NCBI GenBank assembly: GCA_964291235.2
Contig: OZ219815.1
Location: 512,001 to 576,000, forward strand
Origin: Vicinamibacteria bacterium
Lineage (GTDB): Bacteria; Acidobacteriota; Vicinamibacteria; Marinacidobacterales; Marinacidobacteraceae
Length of the DNA: 64,000 nucleotides
Direction: 5' to 3'
Shown piece by piece: positions 19,543 through 29,042 of the stretch. How positions within the stretch are numbered: the first letter of the stretch is position 1; the number at the start of each line of letters is the position of its first letter. The position numbers and the translations under genes are program-made. The notes below the pieces were generated by a model that did no database searches, had not been told where the DNA came from, and saw only the letters and a program-made list of their open reading frames with translations.

Positions 19543-20846
19543 GCGGCGATTCCCAGTGCAATTTCATCGGCGAGGAAACGGGCGAACCCGTCGTGGTCGG
19601 CCACGCCGGCGGCGATCCGGCGGATTCCCTCGCGAAGCGAATCCATGTCCGCCGCGTAGGAGAGCCGCAGGAAGTCCTGTCCCTCGCTACCGATCACGCC
19701 GAAGCTGCGGCGATCCACCAGCGCCACCCCGTGGTAGTAGAGGAGGAAACGGGAAATCAGGGTTGCCGGACTGGTCCCCGCCTTCAGGGAATCCGGCAGC
19801 GACTCGAAGTGCGCGGTGGCGCCGAGCGATTCACAGACGCCGGAGATGTTCGGAAACACGTAGAAGGCGCCGAGCGGATTCCGGCAGCGGATTCCGGGAA
19901 TCGCGTTGAGGGCCGGCACCACGAAGTCGCGGCGCCGCTGGAACTCTCCCACCATCGAGGCGACCACCTCGGCGGTCTTCGGGTTCTCGAGGGCCTCGCG
20001 GGCGGCCTGCTGAATGAAGGGCGGCACGCAACTCACGGTGTTGATGTTGATCTGCTTGAACCGGAGCGCTTCTTCGGCGGTGGGAAGCACGCACCAGCCG
20101 AGCCGCCAACCGGTCATCGCGTAGCCCTTCGAGTGCCCGCTCGCGATGATCGTGTGGCGCTCCATCCCCGGCAACGACGCCATCGACGTCTGCTCGAAAC
20201 CGTCGAAGGTGATGTGCTCGTAGATCTCGTCCGAGTAGACCCGGATGTCCGGCCGGCCCCGCTCGCGCAGGAGTGCGGCAACCTCCTCGAGGAGGGCCTT
20301 CGGAAGGACGCCGCCCGTGGGGTTGGAGGGCGAACAGAGCATCAGGACCTTCGTCTTCGGGGTCAGCAGCCGATCGAGATCCTCCGCCGTAAATGAGAAC
20401 CCGCGTTCCTCGCGCAACACCAGCGGTTTGGGCACGCCGCCCAGATAGGTGACCCAGGACTCGTAGATCGGGAAACCCGGACTCGGATAGATGACCTCGT
20501 CACCGGGGTCCACGTAGGCCATCATCGTGTAGCCGATCGCCGGCTTGGCCCCCGGAAGGACGATGACCCGGTCCGCGGCCACCTCGATGCCGCGGGTCCG
20601 CGATACGTAACTGGCCAGCGCTTCCCGCAGCGGCGCGATGCCGGCCGGGTCGGTGTAGTGGGTGTCCCCGGCGCGAATGGCGGCGATTCCGGCCTCGTTG
20701 ATATGCGGGGCGCTGTCGAAGTCGGGTTCACCGATGGTGAAGGGAATGACGTCCACGCCGCGGGCGCGGGCCCGGGCCATGTCTTCCCCGATCTTGAATG
20801 CGTTCTCGGTCCCCATATGACTGAAACGCTGGGCGAATAGAGGCAT
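19539..20846 (-). CDS. PLP-dependent aminotransferase class I/II (aspartate aminotransferase-like)
   Basis: IGEPDF, SPSNPTGG, YSDEIYE, SKGYAMTGWRLG. The real start is MPLFAQRF at 20846; the longer ORF extension is a shadow. Confidence 0.92.
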   Translation of the reverse strand: MPLFAQRFSHMGTENAFKIGEDMARARARGVDVIPFTIGEPDFDSAPHINEAGIAAIRAGDTHYTDPAGIAPLREALASYVSRTRGIEVAADRVIVLPGAKPAIGYTMMAYVDPGDEVIYPSPGFPIYESWVTYLGGVPKPLVLREERGFSFTAEDLDRLLTPKTKVLMLCSPSNPTGGVLPKALLEEVAALLRERGRPDIRVYSDEIYEHITFDGFEQTSMASLPGMERHTIIASGHSKGYAMTGWRLGWCVLPTAEEALRFKQININTVSCVPPFIQQAAREALENPKTAEVVASMVGEFQRRRDFVVPALNAIPGIRCRNPLGAFYVFPNISGVCESLGATAHFESLPDSLKAGTSPATLISRFLLYYHGVALVDRRSFGVIGSEGQDFLRLSYAADMDSLREGIRRIAAGVADHDGFARFLADEIALGIAA

Positions 20847-20945
20847 GTTTATCTTGCGAAGCTTCGTGGAAACGGGCCCCCGCGGCGGGGGGCCGAGGCG
20901 CGGGGGCGGATGATATATTGGCTGGTCGGCTTCGGTTTTCCCTTG

Positions 20946-22394
20946 ATGACGGTGCGATTCGCGGTACTCGCCGTGTTGGCGGGCGCCTCGGCGGCGCCAG
21001 CGCATGTGCCCAGCCAGGCGCCCACGCAACCGCCCGAGCCGCCGCGCGCGGAAGAAAACGCCGAGGGGGCGAAAGCCGCCGAGTATCCCTTCGAGATCGT
21101 CGAGGACGTCACGATGGGAACCGAGCCGGCCAGCGCGGATGTCACGGGCCAGCTCGGGGTTGCCGACGAGGACTACATCCCGGAGGTCTTCCAGTACCGC
21201 CGGCGCGGCGCGCAGCGGGCGCAGCGCGAGTTGAGCGGGGACCACCGTTCGACCGCCCTCACCGAGTTCAAGGTCATCGACCTCGAGGTGGACCCCGGGG
21301 ACACGGTGCGGGCGATCGCCAGGGTGGAGCCCGCCTTCGAGAAGGGACGGCGTTTCGTCGCCGAGTTCTGGAGTCAGGAATACGGCCGGGCGTCGGTGAT
21401 CTACGTGAATTTCAAGCCGCACGAGAAGGACAAGAAGCTCTATCTCGGACGCGGCAAGGTGGACCGCCATCATCCCGGCGGCCGCTACAACGTCGGCTCG
21501 ACCATGATCACCGACGAGCACGGACACAAGAAGGCGTATTCCACCGAGTTCAACCCGGTCCTGCGCGCCGCTGACGGCAGCCCGGCCTACTTCGTGGTCT
21601 CCGAGAACCCGGAGGCCGACGTGACGCCGCCTACGCTCCGGTCCGTCGCAGTGCTGACCCCGGCGGTGGGCCCCGGAGAGACGATCCGGGTCGAGGCCTT
21701 CGCGGAGGACAACCTCGCCGGCCCCACGCAGGCGCGGGCCGTCTTCGTGAGCCCCTCCAAGAGGCGGGCGGTCCGGGCGGACCTGATCGGCGACGCCCGG
21801 CGGCCGGGCCGTTTTCTCGGAGCCTTCTCGATTCCCGAGTGGTACGAAGGCGGTCTCTGGAAGATCCAGAAGGTCGAGCTCTACGACGCGGCGCGAAACA
21901 GCGCGCTGCTCTTCGCCGCCACCGCCCCGGGGCTCCGAGACGCGACCGTCCTCGTCGAGGAGAATCCGGAGAAGAGGGATGACGAGCCCCCGGCGCTGCT
22001 CGCCATCGAACTCCCGCAGCGCGAGGCGCTGGCCGGCGAGTCGATTCCCGTCGCGGCGCTCGTCGAGGACAACCTCAGCGGCGTGGACAAGGTCTACATC
22101 TCGTTTCAGAGTCCGAGCGGCGCCGACCTGGTGCGGGTTTCGCTGGAGAGCAAGAACCCGCCGCTGAACCGGCCCTCGCTGGTGCCGCAACCGAACGTCT
22201 TTCGCGGGGCCCTGAAGATCGAGCCCTGGCAGGAACGCGGCGCCTACGCCGTGTCCCGGGTGAACCTGTCCGACCGGGCTCAGAACTACCTCAACCTCAA
22301 CCCGGTGCGCGACGAAGAGGTTCGCGGCCTGGAGGTCGTTTTCTCGCCGGAGGCGGGGAAGGCAGAGGCCGAAACGGAGCGACGACAACGATGA
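20946..22394 (+). CDS. Exported hypothetical protein with about three Ig-like beta-sandwich repeats
   Basis: Signal peptide; repeats DVTPPTLRSV...EDNLAGP...FVSPS...GLWKIQKVELYDAARN and DDEPPALLAI...EDNLSGV...FQSPS...GAYAVSRVNLSDRAQN. Confidence 0.75.
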   Translation: MTVRFAVLAVLAGASAAPAHVPSQAPTQPPEPPRAEENAEGAKAAEYPFEIVEDVTMGTEPASADVTGQLGVADEDYIPEVFQYRRRGAQRAQRELSGDHRSTALTEFKVIDLEVDPGDTVRAIARVEPAFEKGRRFVAEFWSQEYGRASVIYVNFKPHEKDKKLYLGRGKVDRHHPGGRYNVGSTMITDEHGHKKAYSTEFNPVLRAADGSPAYFVVSENPEADVTPPTLRSVAVLTPAVGPGETIRVEAFAEDNLAGPTQARAVFVSPSKRRAVRADLIGDARRPGRFLGAFSIPEWYEGGLWKIQKVELYDAARNSALLFAATAPGLRDATVLVEENPEKRDDEPPALLAIELPQREALAGESIPVAALVEDNLSGVDKVYISFQSPSGADLVRVSLESKNPPLNRPSLVPQPNVFRGALKIEPWQERGAYAVSRVNLSDRAQNYLNLNPVRDEEVRGLEVVFSPEAGKAEAETERRQR

Positions 22395-23615
22395 GCATGA
22401 ATCGCCGTCGCTTTCTCGGCGCCGCCGGCGCCGCGGCCCTCGGCCTCGGCGGCGCTCCGGGCCGGCTGCTGGCCGGCGCCGCGGAGCGCGCCTCGGTGGT
22501 CCCGGACCGGAGCCTGAAGACCAAGCACCTCGTGGTGATCCTCTACGGCAACGGCTGCCGGAAGAAGGACACCGTCGAGGATCGGGCCCACGCCCCGCAC
22601 ATGGCGCGGATGATGGACGCGGGCAGCGTCTTCACCGAGGACTTCGGCGAGACCGCGAACCTCCACGGATACATGTACACCGAGATGCTGACCGGACGGG
22701 AAACCGTTTCCGAGCACCCGCTCTTTCCCACCTGGACCGAGACCGTCCGCAAGGAACTCGGCGGCTCGGTGAACGACTACTGGATGCTCCAGGGAGTCAG
22801 CTACTACCGCTCCTGGGTCTTCGACCGGAAGCACTGGAGCGCGCATCCCGACGGGGGGCTCTCAGTTCGGCGCCAATTCGCTGACCATGAACAAGCTGTT
22901 CCACGAAGACGAGCAGCGGTCGGCGGCGGAACTGGTGAAGGCCAGCATCGAGCCGGGACTCGGACACACGCGGCAAACGCACAAGGATCTCGAGGACTGG
23001 CTGGCCGATGCGGTCGCCCGGCGAACCGACCTGCCGGCGTCCACCAAGACCTCGCTCGTGGACCGGGAGGTCCCGCTCGGGGACGGGCAATGTTTCGAGA
23101 TCGCCAAGCACCTGCTCCGCGATTTCCGGCCCAAACTCATCACGATCCAGATGCTGGCGCTCGACGACGCCCACGCCGACGCCGGTTTTTGGGACTACGA
23201 CACCGACTACGAGCAGTACCGGCGGCACATCGCCGCCACCGACGAGCTCATCGGCAATCTCTACGCTTTCATCCAGAACGACCCGTACCTGCGTGACACC
23301 ACCTCGATCCTGCTTCGACCCGAATGCGGGCGCGACGATGAGGTCAACGTCTACGGGCAGCTCCATCACTCGCAGGGGAACTACTACGCCCATAACGTCT
23401 GGACGCTCGGGGTCGGCCCCGACTTCCGGCAGGGTGCGGTCTTCCCCGAACAGGTGATGCGGCGCGACCTTTGTCCCACTGTCGTCTATCTGCTCACCGG
23501 GAGAGACATAGCGCGCCATGTCACGGGTTCCGTCCGTACCCAGATGTTCCACGAGGAGTACCGGTTGCCGCCGTACGTCCTCCGCGACCGCTTCGGCAAT
23601 CCGGTCGAAGCCTGA
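22391..23615 (+). pseudogene. Tat-exported alkaline-phosphatase-fold / DUF1501-like protein, +1 frameshift in the G6 run at 22853-22858
   Basis: Tat signal MNRRRFLG; HLVVILYGNG...LTG, LDDAH, PECGRD, HH motifs. Removing one G joins the two ORFs (HPDGGSQFGANSLTMNK). Confidence 0.7.
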
Positions 23616-24243
23616 ACTGGCGGCGGCCCTCGCCGCCGGGCTGCTGATCGCGGCGGCGGCGAGCGCCGCCCAGCCGCCGGCGCGGGAAACCCAAACGCCG
23701 GCGCGGGAAACCCGGTCGCCGGCCGCGAAAACCCAGCCGCCGGCACGGGAAGCCCCTCTTTCGCTGGTCGAAGCGGCGCGGCGCAACCGGGCCCGCATCG
23801 AGGCGCTCCGCGAACGCGACGGGGCCGCCCCCGTCTTCACCGACAGCGAGCTCCGCCCCGGGGGGCGGGCGGCGACGGCCCCGCCACCGGATGCGCCGGA
23901 CCGGAATCCGGAGGGCTACGACCTCCCCATCCGGGAACCGGCGCCGGATCCCGACCGCGTGATCGATCCCACCGAGGGCGAGGGGGATGCCGATCCCGAG
24001 GCGGTTCGCGCGCGGGCGGCCGACCGGCTGCGGGAGATCGCCGCGCGGGAAACCGAGATCCGGGAACGCCTGCTGGACATCGAGGCGTCGCTCGCCGCGA
24101 TCGGGGCCAGCGGACTGCCGGCCGCGCCGCGCAACCCGACCAGCTTCCAGAGCCCCCTCGACGCCAGCCGTCTCCGCTCCGAACAGGAAGACCTCCGGCA
24201 GGAACTCGACGCCCTCGCCGTCGAACGCCGCATCCTGCGATAG
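23518..24243 (+). CDS. Exported hypothetical protein with C-terminal coiled coil (start uncertain, possibly near 23617)
   Basis: Hydrophobic LAAALAAGLLIAAAASA segment, SLVEAARRNR...VFTDSEL motif, heptad-rich C-terminus. Confidence 0.6.
   Translation: MSRVPSVPRCSTRSTGCRRTSSATASAIRSKPELAAALAAGLLIAAAASAAQPPARETQTPARETRSPAAKTQPPAREAPLSLVEAARRNRARIEALRERDGAAPVFTDSELRPGGRAATAPPPDAPDRNPEGYDLPIREPAPDPDRVIDPTEGEGDADPEAVRARAADRLREIAARETEIRERLLDIEASLAAIGASGLPAAPRNPTSFQSPLDASRLRSEQEDLRQELDALAVERRILR
23671..23754 (+). repeat. 4 x 21-bp in-frame tandem repeat (QPPARET-like)
   Basis: cagccgccggcgcgggaaacc / caaacgccggcgcgggaaacc / cggtcgccggccgcgaaaacc / cagccgccggcacgggaagcc. Confidence 0.85.
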
Positions 24244-24463
24244 GAGCGCCAGCCTCCGGCTGGCATCGCCGAGCACAGCGAGGCGAAACTCCCAGACTCA
24301 AACAGCCTCGACCGCGCCAACCCAAGCGGGGACGGCGCATCCCCGTACAAGCCCGGGACTGGCGCAGCGCCACACTGCTGGGCTGCCGCACCATCCAGGA
24401 AGGTTGACGACGGGAGTTTCGCTCCACTCCGCGGAGCGATGCCGGCCAGAGGCCGGCGCTCCT
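24242..24463. mobile_element. REP/MITE-like ~220-bp element with ~50-nt double-hairpin terminal inverted repeats (copy 1)
   Basis: Ends AGGAGCGCCAGCC...GCGAAACTCCC and GGGAGTTTCGC...GGCCGGCGCTCCT; interior is homologous to 58670-58888 in the opposite orientation. Confidence 0.75.
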
Positions 24464-24537
24464 GGCGCCAACCCAAGCGGGGGGCGGGCGGGGGCTATCG
24501 CGGCCGCCGGGAAACCGGCTGGACGCCCGGACTCGGT

Positions 24538-26505
24538 CTACTGGGGTCTCGCGAACGCGACGAGCGCCGCCTCCGACCCGGAACCCGTCGCGATGACGAC
24601 GAACTGCCGTCCGGACCGGGCGCGGTAGGTCATGGGGTTCGCGTTCGTCGGAAACGGCGTTGCCCCGCGCCAGATCTCAACGCCCGTCGCGCTGTCGAAC
24701 GCATACAGATACGGGGCGCCGCCCCCGAGGAACACGAGGCCTCCCTTCGTCGCCAGCGGGCCGGAGTTTCCGCGCGTGCCCAGCCGCTCCGGGAGATCGA
24801 CTCCGCGCAGCAACGGGTGTTCGCGCAGGGCGCGGCTCCCCTCGCCGAAGGGCGCCCGCCACGCGATCTCGCCAACATTCAAATCGATCGCCACCAGTTG
24901 CGCGTAGGGAGGCTTGATGAGCGGTATCGGGCCGAGCTTGCGCTCCGGGGTCTGCGCGGCTCCCGGTCTCTCGGCGGCGCCCCGATACATGATCAGCGTG
25001 GCGCCGAAGGGACAGTTGTTGCTGTACTCGACGTCGACCTCGGCATCGTCGCCGGCATTCACGCACACCTGGTTCGTGTCGGCTTCCTCTGTGGTCCGCA
25101 CGTAGAGGAGTCCGGTCTCGGGGTCAAAAGCCGCCCCTCCCCAGTTCGCGCCGCCGCTCGAGCCGGGGCTCTGAAGCGTTCCCCGCAGGCTCGGTGGCGT
25201 GAAGAGCGGACCCAGGCGGAACTGCTGCATTTCCTCCACCGCCAACGCGTGGATCTCCGGGGTCAGGTCGTTGGCATCCCCAAGCGACACCCCCTGCCTG
25301 CCGATGGGCGGAGGTTTGGTCGGGAAGGGCTGCGTCGGATACAGGACCTCCCCGGGCACATCCGTCGTCGTGTCCACGGCACGTTCCTCGATCGGCCACA
25401 CCGGCTCTCCCGTCACCCGGTCGAACACGAACGTGAAACCGTGCTTCGACACCTGGGCCACCGCGTCGATCTCCCGCCCATCCACCGTGATCGTCACCAG
25501 GTTCGGCGCCGCGGCCAGGTCGTAGTCCCACACGCCGTGGTGCACCGCCTGGAAGTGCCACTGCCGCTCGCCCGTGCGGGCGTCGAGGCACACCAGCGAC
25601 TCGGCGAAGAGGTTCGCTCCCAACCGGCGTCCGCCCCAATAGTCGCTGCTCGGGGTGCTCGTCGGCGCGTACAACAGTCCGCGCTCGGCATCGAGCGACA
25701 TCAACCCCCACACGTTGGCGTGGCCCGTATAGCGCCACGACTCGTCCTCCCAGGTGTCCGCACCGACCGCGTCGTTCGATTGCGGGATCGTGAAGAAGAC
25801 CCAGCGCCGCTCGCCCGTGCGTGCATCGAACGCCTGCACGGTCCCGGGGGTATCGAACTTTCGCTGCAGCTTGTCGGGTACGCGACTCCCCACGATCACC
25901 AGGTCCTCGAACACCACCGGCGGTGAGGTCTGGTCGAACTCGTAGCGGGTCACCGGCCGGCCGTGGCCCTCGGTCAGCAAGACGCTCCCGCTCTCGCCGA
26001 AGCGCGTGTCCAGCCAGCCGTTCGTGGCGTCGATCGAATAGAGCCGGTCGCGGCTGTTCAGGAAGATGCGGGAACCGCTCCCGTCACTCCAGTAGGCGAC
26101 ACCGCGGTGCTTGAAGCCCCGCGGCCCCACACCCCTGGGCCCACCCTCGTAGGCCTTGGGATCGAAGACCCAGAGCTCCGCGCCCGTTTCCGCATCGAGC
26201 GCCGCCACGCGCGTGTACATGGTGGAGAGGTAGAGGACGTTGCCGATCATGAGGGGCGTTGCCTGGAACGGGCCGGGCCGGGTTCCGTACTCCTCCAGGG
26301 GCTCCTCGTTCGGCTCCCATTGCCAAACGAGCTCGAGTTCGCCGACGTTCGCGGCCGTGATCTCCTCAGCCGCGGAGTACTTGGTGTGCGCCTGCCCGGA
26401 ACCGACGTAAGGCCATTCGATGAGGCTGCCCGGTTCCTGGCACCCCGGAGCGGCGATGCACAAAAGGGCAGCGGCCGCAACGGGTCGGCTCAGCGAAGAC
26501 ATCAA
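24538..26505 (-). CDS. PQQ-dependent dehydrogenase (glucose/quinate/shikimate family), probable lipoprotein
   Basis: FQATPLMI, ALDAETGAELW, GHANVWG, NLFAESLVCLDARTG, HHGVWDYD, SGGANWGG, ANPMTY; APGC lipobox-like signal. Confidence 0.92.
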   Translation of the reverse strand: MMSSLSRPVAAAALLCIAAPGCQEPGSLIEWPYVGSGQAHTKYSAAEEITAANVGELELVWQWEPNEEPLEEYGTRPGPFQATPLMIGNVLYLSTMYTRVAALDAETGAELWVFDPKAYEGGPRGVGPRGFKHRGVAYWSDGSGSRIFLNSRDRLYSIDATNGWLDTRFGESGSVLLTEGHGRPVTRYEFDQTSPPVVFEDLVIVGSRVPDKLQRKFDTPGTVQAFDARTGERRWVFFTIPQSNDAVGADTWEDESWRYTGHANVWGLMSLDAERGLLYAPTSTPSSDYWGGRRLGANLFAESLVCLDARTGERQWHFQAVHHGVWDYDLAAAPNLVTITVDGREIDAVAQVSKHGFTFVFDRVTGEPVWPIEERAVDTTTDVPGEVLYPTQPFPTKPPPIGRQGVSLGDANDLTPEIHALAVEEMQQFRLGPLFTPPSLRGTLQSPGSSGGANWGGAAFDPETGLLYVRTTEEADTNQVCVNAGDDAEVDVEYSNNCPFGATLIMYRGAAERPGAAQTPERKLGPIPLIKPPYAQLVAIDLNVGEIAWRAPFGEGSRALREHPLLRGVDLPERLGTRGNSGPLATKGGLVFLGGGAPYLYAFDSATGVEIWRGATPFPTNANPMTYRARSGRQFVVIATGSGSEAALVAFARPQ

Positions 26506-26522
26506 CAGAGTGGGCCGAGCCC

Positions 26523-27014
26523 CTACGCCCCCACCTCGAACTCCACGCCGAACCGCTCGCCGTAGTCCACGAACTGGGTCGGGTTCGGGTCCACGTTCAG
26601 GATCACGAAGCTCGCACCGGGCGGCTCCAGGAGGTAGCGGTCGAGGGAGTGCCAGGTTCCGGTCTTGTAGGCGTATCCCTTCCCCGGATCGATCAGGAAG
26701 GCCCGCACCTCCTCGGGTTGCGGAATCGCGTCGGCATCGTCGAGGTCGGTGGGCGGCGCCACCGCGACCACTGCCGGCGAACCTCCCAGCGGAATGAACG
26801 CCTGGGTCACCGCGAAGTGGCGTTCGAGGAGACGGAACCGCTTCTCCCCGAGCGGCTGCCAGATGACGTCCACCGTCGTGCGGCCATCGACCCGGAAATC
26901 CACCGGGAAGAACTGCCGGGCGTCCGCCGGCCGCTCGCGCGCCTCGATCACCTCGCCGAACGGGGCGAAGGACTCGGCGGTCATGGGTTCAACGGGAAGT
27001 CGGACGATTCTCAT
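26523..27014 (-). CDS. Ureidoglycolate lyase (AllA-like cupin)
   Basis: PMTAESFAPFGEVI, LLERHFAVTQAFIPL, GYAYKTGTWH. Confidence 0.82.
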   Translation of the reverse strand: MRIVRLPVEPMTAESFAPFGEVIEARERPADARQFFPVDFRVDGRTTVDVIWQPLGEKRFRLLERHFAVTQAFIPLGGSPAVVAVAPPTDLDDADAIPQPEEVRAFLIDPGKGYAYKTGTWHSLDRYLLEPPGASFVILNVDPNPTQFVDYGERFGVEFEVGA

Positions 27015-27021
27015 GGTGACC

Positions 27022-28428
27022 TCAGAACGGGCCAAGCTGTATGTGCTGGGCGATGACGAGGCCGCCGATCGCCACCAGGAGAATGATCCCGAACAGCGGC
27101 AGGTAGTAGCGGATCCACCGCACGAGGCCGACGCGCGCCATGACGAGCGTCGCCATGAAGTAGCCCGACGTTGGAAAGATCACGTTCGTGATTCCGTCGC
27201 CCCACTGGGTGGCGAGCACCACGACCTGCCGGGTGACTCCGGCGAGGTCCGCGACCGGCACCAGGATCGGCAGGGTGATGAGCGCCTGCCCGCTCCCCGA
27301 CGGGACGAGGAAGTTGAAAGCCGTCTGGCCGACGAGAACCCCGACGGCGGTGAGCGCCGGCGGCAGCGAGGAAACGAGCAGGGCGGCTCCGTAAACCACC
27401 GTATCCATGACCATCCCCTCGGTCATCACCACCGAAACGCCCCGGGCAACCCCGCACACCAGGGCGCCGACCAGTATCTCCCGGAACGAGTCGTTGAAAT
27501 CGGCACAGATCTGGTTCGGCCCCCGCCCCGCCAGCAACGAGACGACCACCGCCATGGCGACGAAGGCGCCCCCGATCTCCTCGAACCCGAGGCGAAAAAC
27601 GAGCACCGCAACGACGAACACCGCGAAGAGGCCGAGCGCCACGATGCCGGCCACTTTCTGGCGCCCGCTGAAGGAGCCCGGCCCGCTCTCCCTGGCGACC
27701 GCGGGAGCGGTCTCCCCGGGTTCACCGGTCCCGTTTCGCCGGGCGATCTCCCGCCGCGCCCGCCGCACCACGAAGATCGCCGCCGCCGTCTGGATGATCA
27801 GGAAGAAGACGAACCGGTACCCGGCCCCCGAAAACATCGGCAGGCCCGCGAGCATGTGCCCGATTCCCACCGTCGCCGGCACGGTGACCCCGAAGGCCGC
27901 GCCGAGGGTCGTCGGCAGGAGCGCCACCGCGGTTCCGGTAACTGGCCCGCATCCCATGCGCACGAGTAGCGGCTGCACGATCGGCAGGTAGGCGATGGAG
28001 AGCTCCGGCATCCCCACCACCCCGGAAACCGCGGAAAAGGCGAACATGAGCGCCGGGATCAGGAGTTCGACGCGCCGCCCGGTGGCGGCGGTCAACCGGT
28101 TCACACCGAGGTCCAGGATCCCGGCCCGCCGCATCACCCCCACGGAGCCCGCGACCAGAAACACGAGAAAGACCACGCTGGCCGCGTCGGCGAGCCCGTC
28201 GGGGATTGCGGTGACGACGTCCATGAACCCCGCCGGCGACCGTTCGACCACCTGATAGGACCCCGGCACCACCGCCTCCCGCCCGTCGGGGAGCACCGTC
28301 CGCTCGTAGCGGCCCGCCGGGATGATCCAGGTGAGGAGCGCCGCGACCGCGATCAGCGCGGACAGGACGATGTAGATATCGAGCCCGCGGTGCCCCTCAG
28401 GCTGACGACCGGACTCCGGGAGTCCCAT
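27022..28428 (-). CDS. YfcC/DcuC-like (IT superfamily) transporter
   Basis: LTWIIPAGRYER, FSGAGYR, NFLVPSGSGQALITLPIL, QWGDGITN. Confidence 0.88.
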   Translation of the reverse strand: MGLPESGRQPEGHRGLDIYIVLSALIAVAALLTWIIPAGRYERTVLPDGREAVVPGSYQVVERSPAGFMDVVTAIPDGLADAASVVFLVFLVAGSVGVMRRAGILDLGVNRLTAATGRRVELLIPALMFAFSAVSGVVGMPELSIAYLPIVQPLLVRMGCGPVTGTAVALLPTTLGAAFGVTVPATVGIGHMLAGLPMFSGAGYRFVFFLIIQTAAAIFVVRRARREIARRNGTGEPGETAPAVARESGPGSFSGRQKVAGIVALGLFAVFVVAVLVFRLGFEEIGGAFVAMAVVVSLLAGRGPNQICADFNDSFREILVGALVCGVARGVSVVMTEGMVMDTVVYGAALLVSSLPPALTAVGVLVGQTAFNFLVPSGSGQALITLPILVPVADLAGVTRQVVVLATQWGDGITNVIFPTSGYFMATLVMARVGLVRWIRYYLPLFGIILLVAIGGLVIAQHIQLGPF

Positions 28429-28565
28429 GCCGCAAGGGTACGGCCTGCCGCATTGGCGGAATCAGCGGCGCGACAGGATGGAAACGCCGAACTTCAATTC
28501 GGCATCCGGCATGGAGGACCGCAGCGACGCGCGGAAAGGAACGCCGGGACCGAGGGGGTCGCTGA

Positions 28566-29042
28566 CTACTCCTGCAACGGCCCCGTCATCCAGTCCAGAA
28601 AAGCGCGGATCTGCGAATCGAAATCATCGAGGGCTTCCGGCAGCCGCTCCTCCAACCGCGCTACGCGCTCGACGTCGAGTTCGTCGCCGTAGATGTTCCG
28701 AAACAAGTGTCGGAAGCCGAGAAACTCACGTAACTCGGTCTCCAGCTCGGGAGTGATGACCCGGGGGCGCACTCCGTCTATCCGAAGGGTCATGGAACGG
28801 ATGAGCTGCTGATGCCAGGTATCGCCACGTGGCGGGCCACCGTCGAGTTCGTCGGCGATCCGGCCGAAAATCCGTTCCACGCCGTTGTACAGGTCGTGCA
28901 GAATGGAACCGCGAGCCCGGACAGCGTACGGGTCGTCGCTGCGGGGCGCTCCGGCGGCGTCCCGGCGCAGCCGGGCAAGCCGCCCCAACTCGTGCTCGAT
29001 TTCTGCGCGGAGGCGCCTCACCACGGCTTCTTCGGGGCTCAC
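28566..29042 (-). CDS. HEPN-domain (HepT-like) ribonuclease toxin
   Basis: LHDLYNGVERIF...GDTWHQQLI...LGFRHLFRNIY; GTGA-coupled to the upstream MNT gene. Confidence 0.85.
   Translation of the reverse strand: MSPEEAVVRRLRAEIEHELGRLARLRRDAAGAPRSDDPYAVRARGSILHDLYNGVERIFGRIADELDGGPPRGDTWHQQLIRSMTLRIDGVRPRVITPELETELREFLGFRHLFRNIYGDELDVERVARLEERLPEALDDFDSQIRAFLDWMTGPLQE

Noticed and set aside
20847-22388. 949-aa ORF suggesting a large N-terminal fusion to the aminotransferase
   Set aside because: The extension is the antisense shadow of the plus-strand gene 20946-22394; aminotransferase homology starts at Met 20846.
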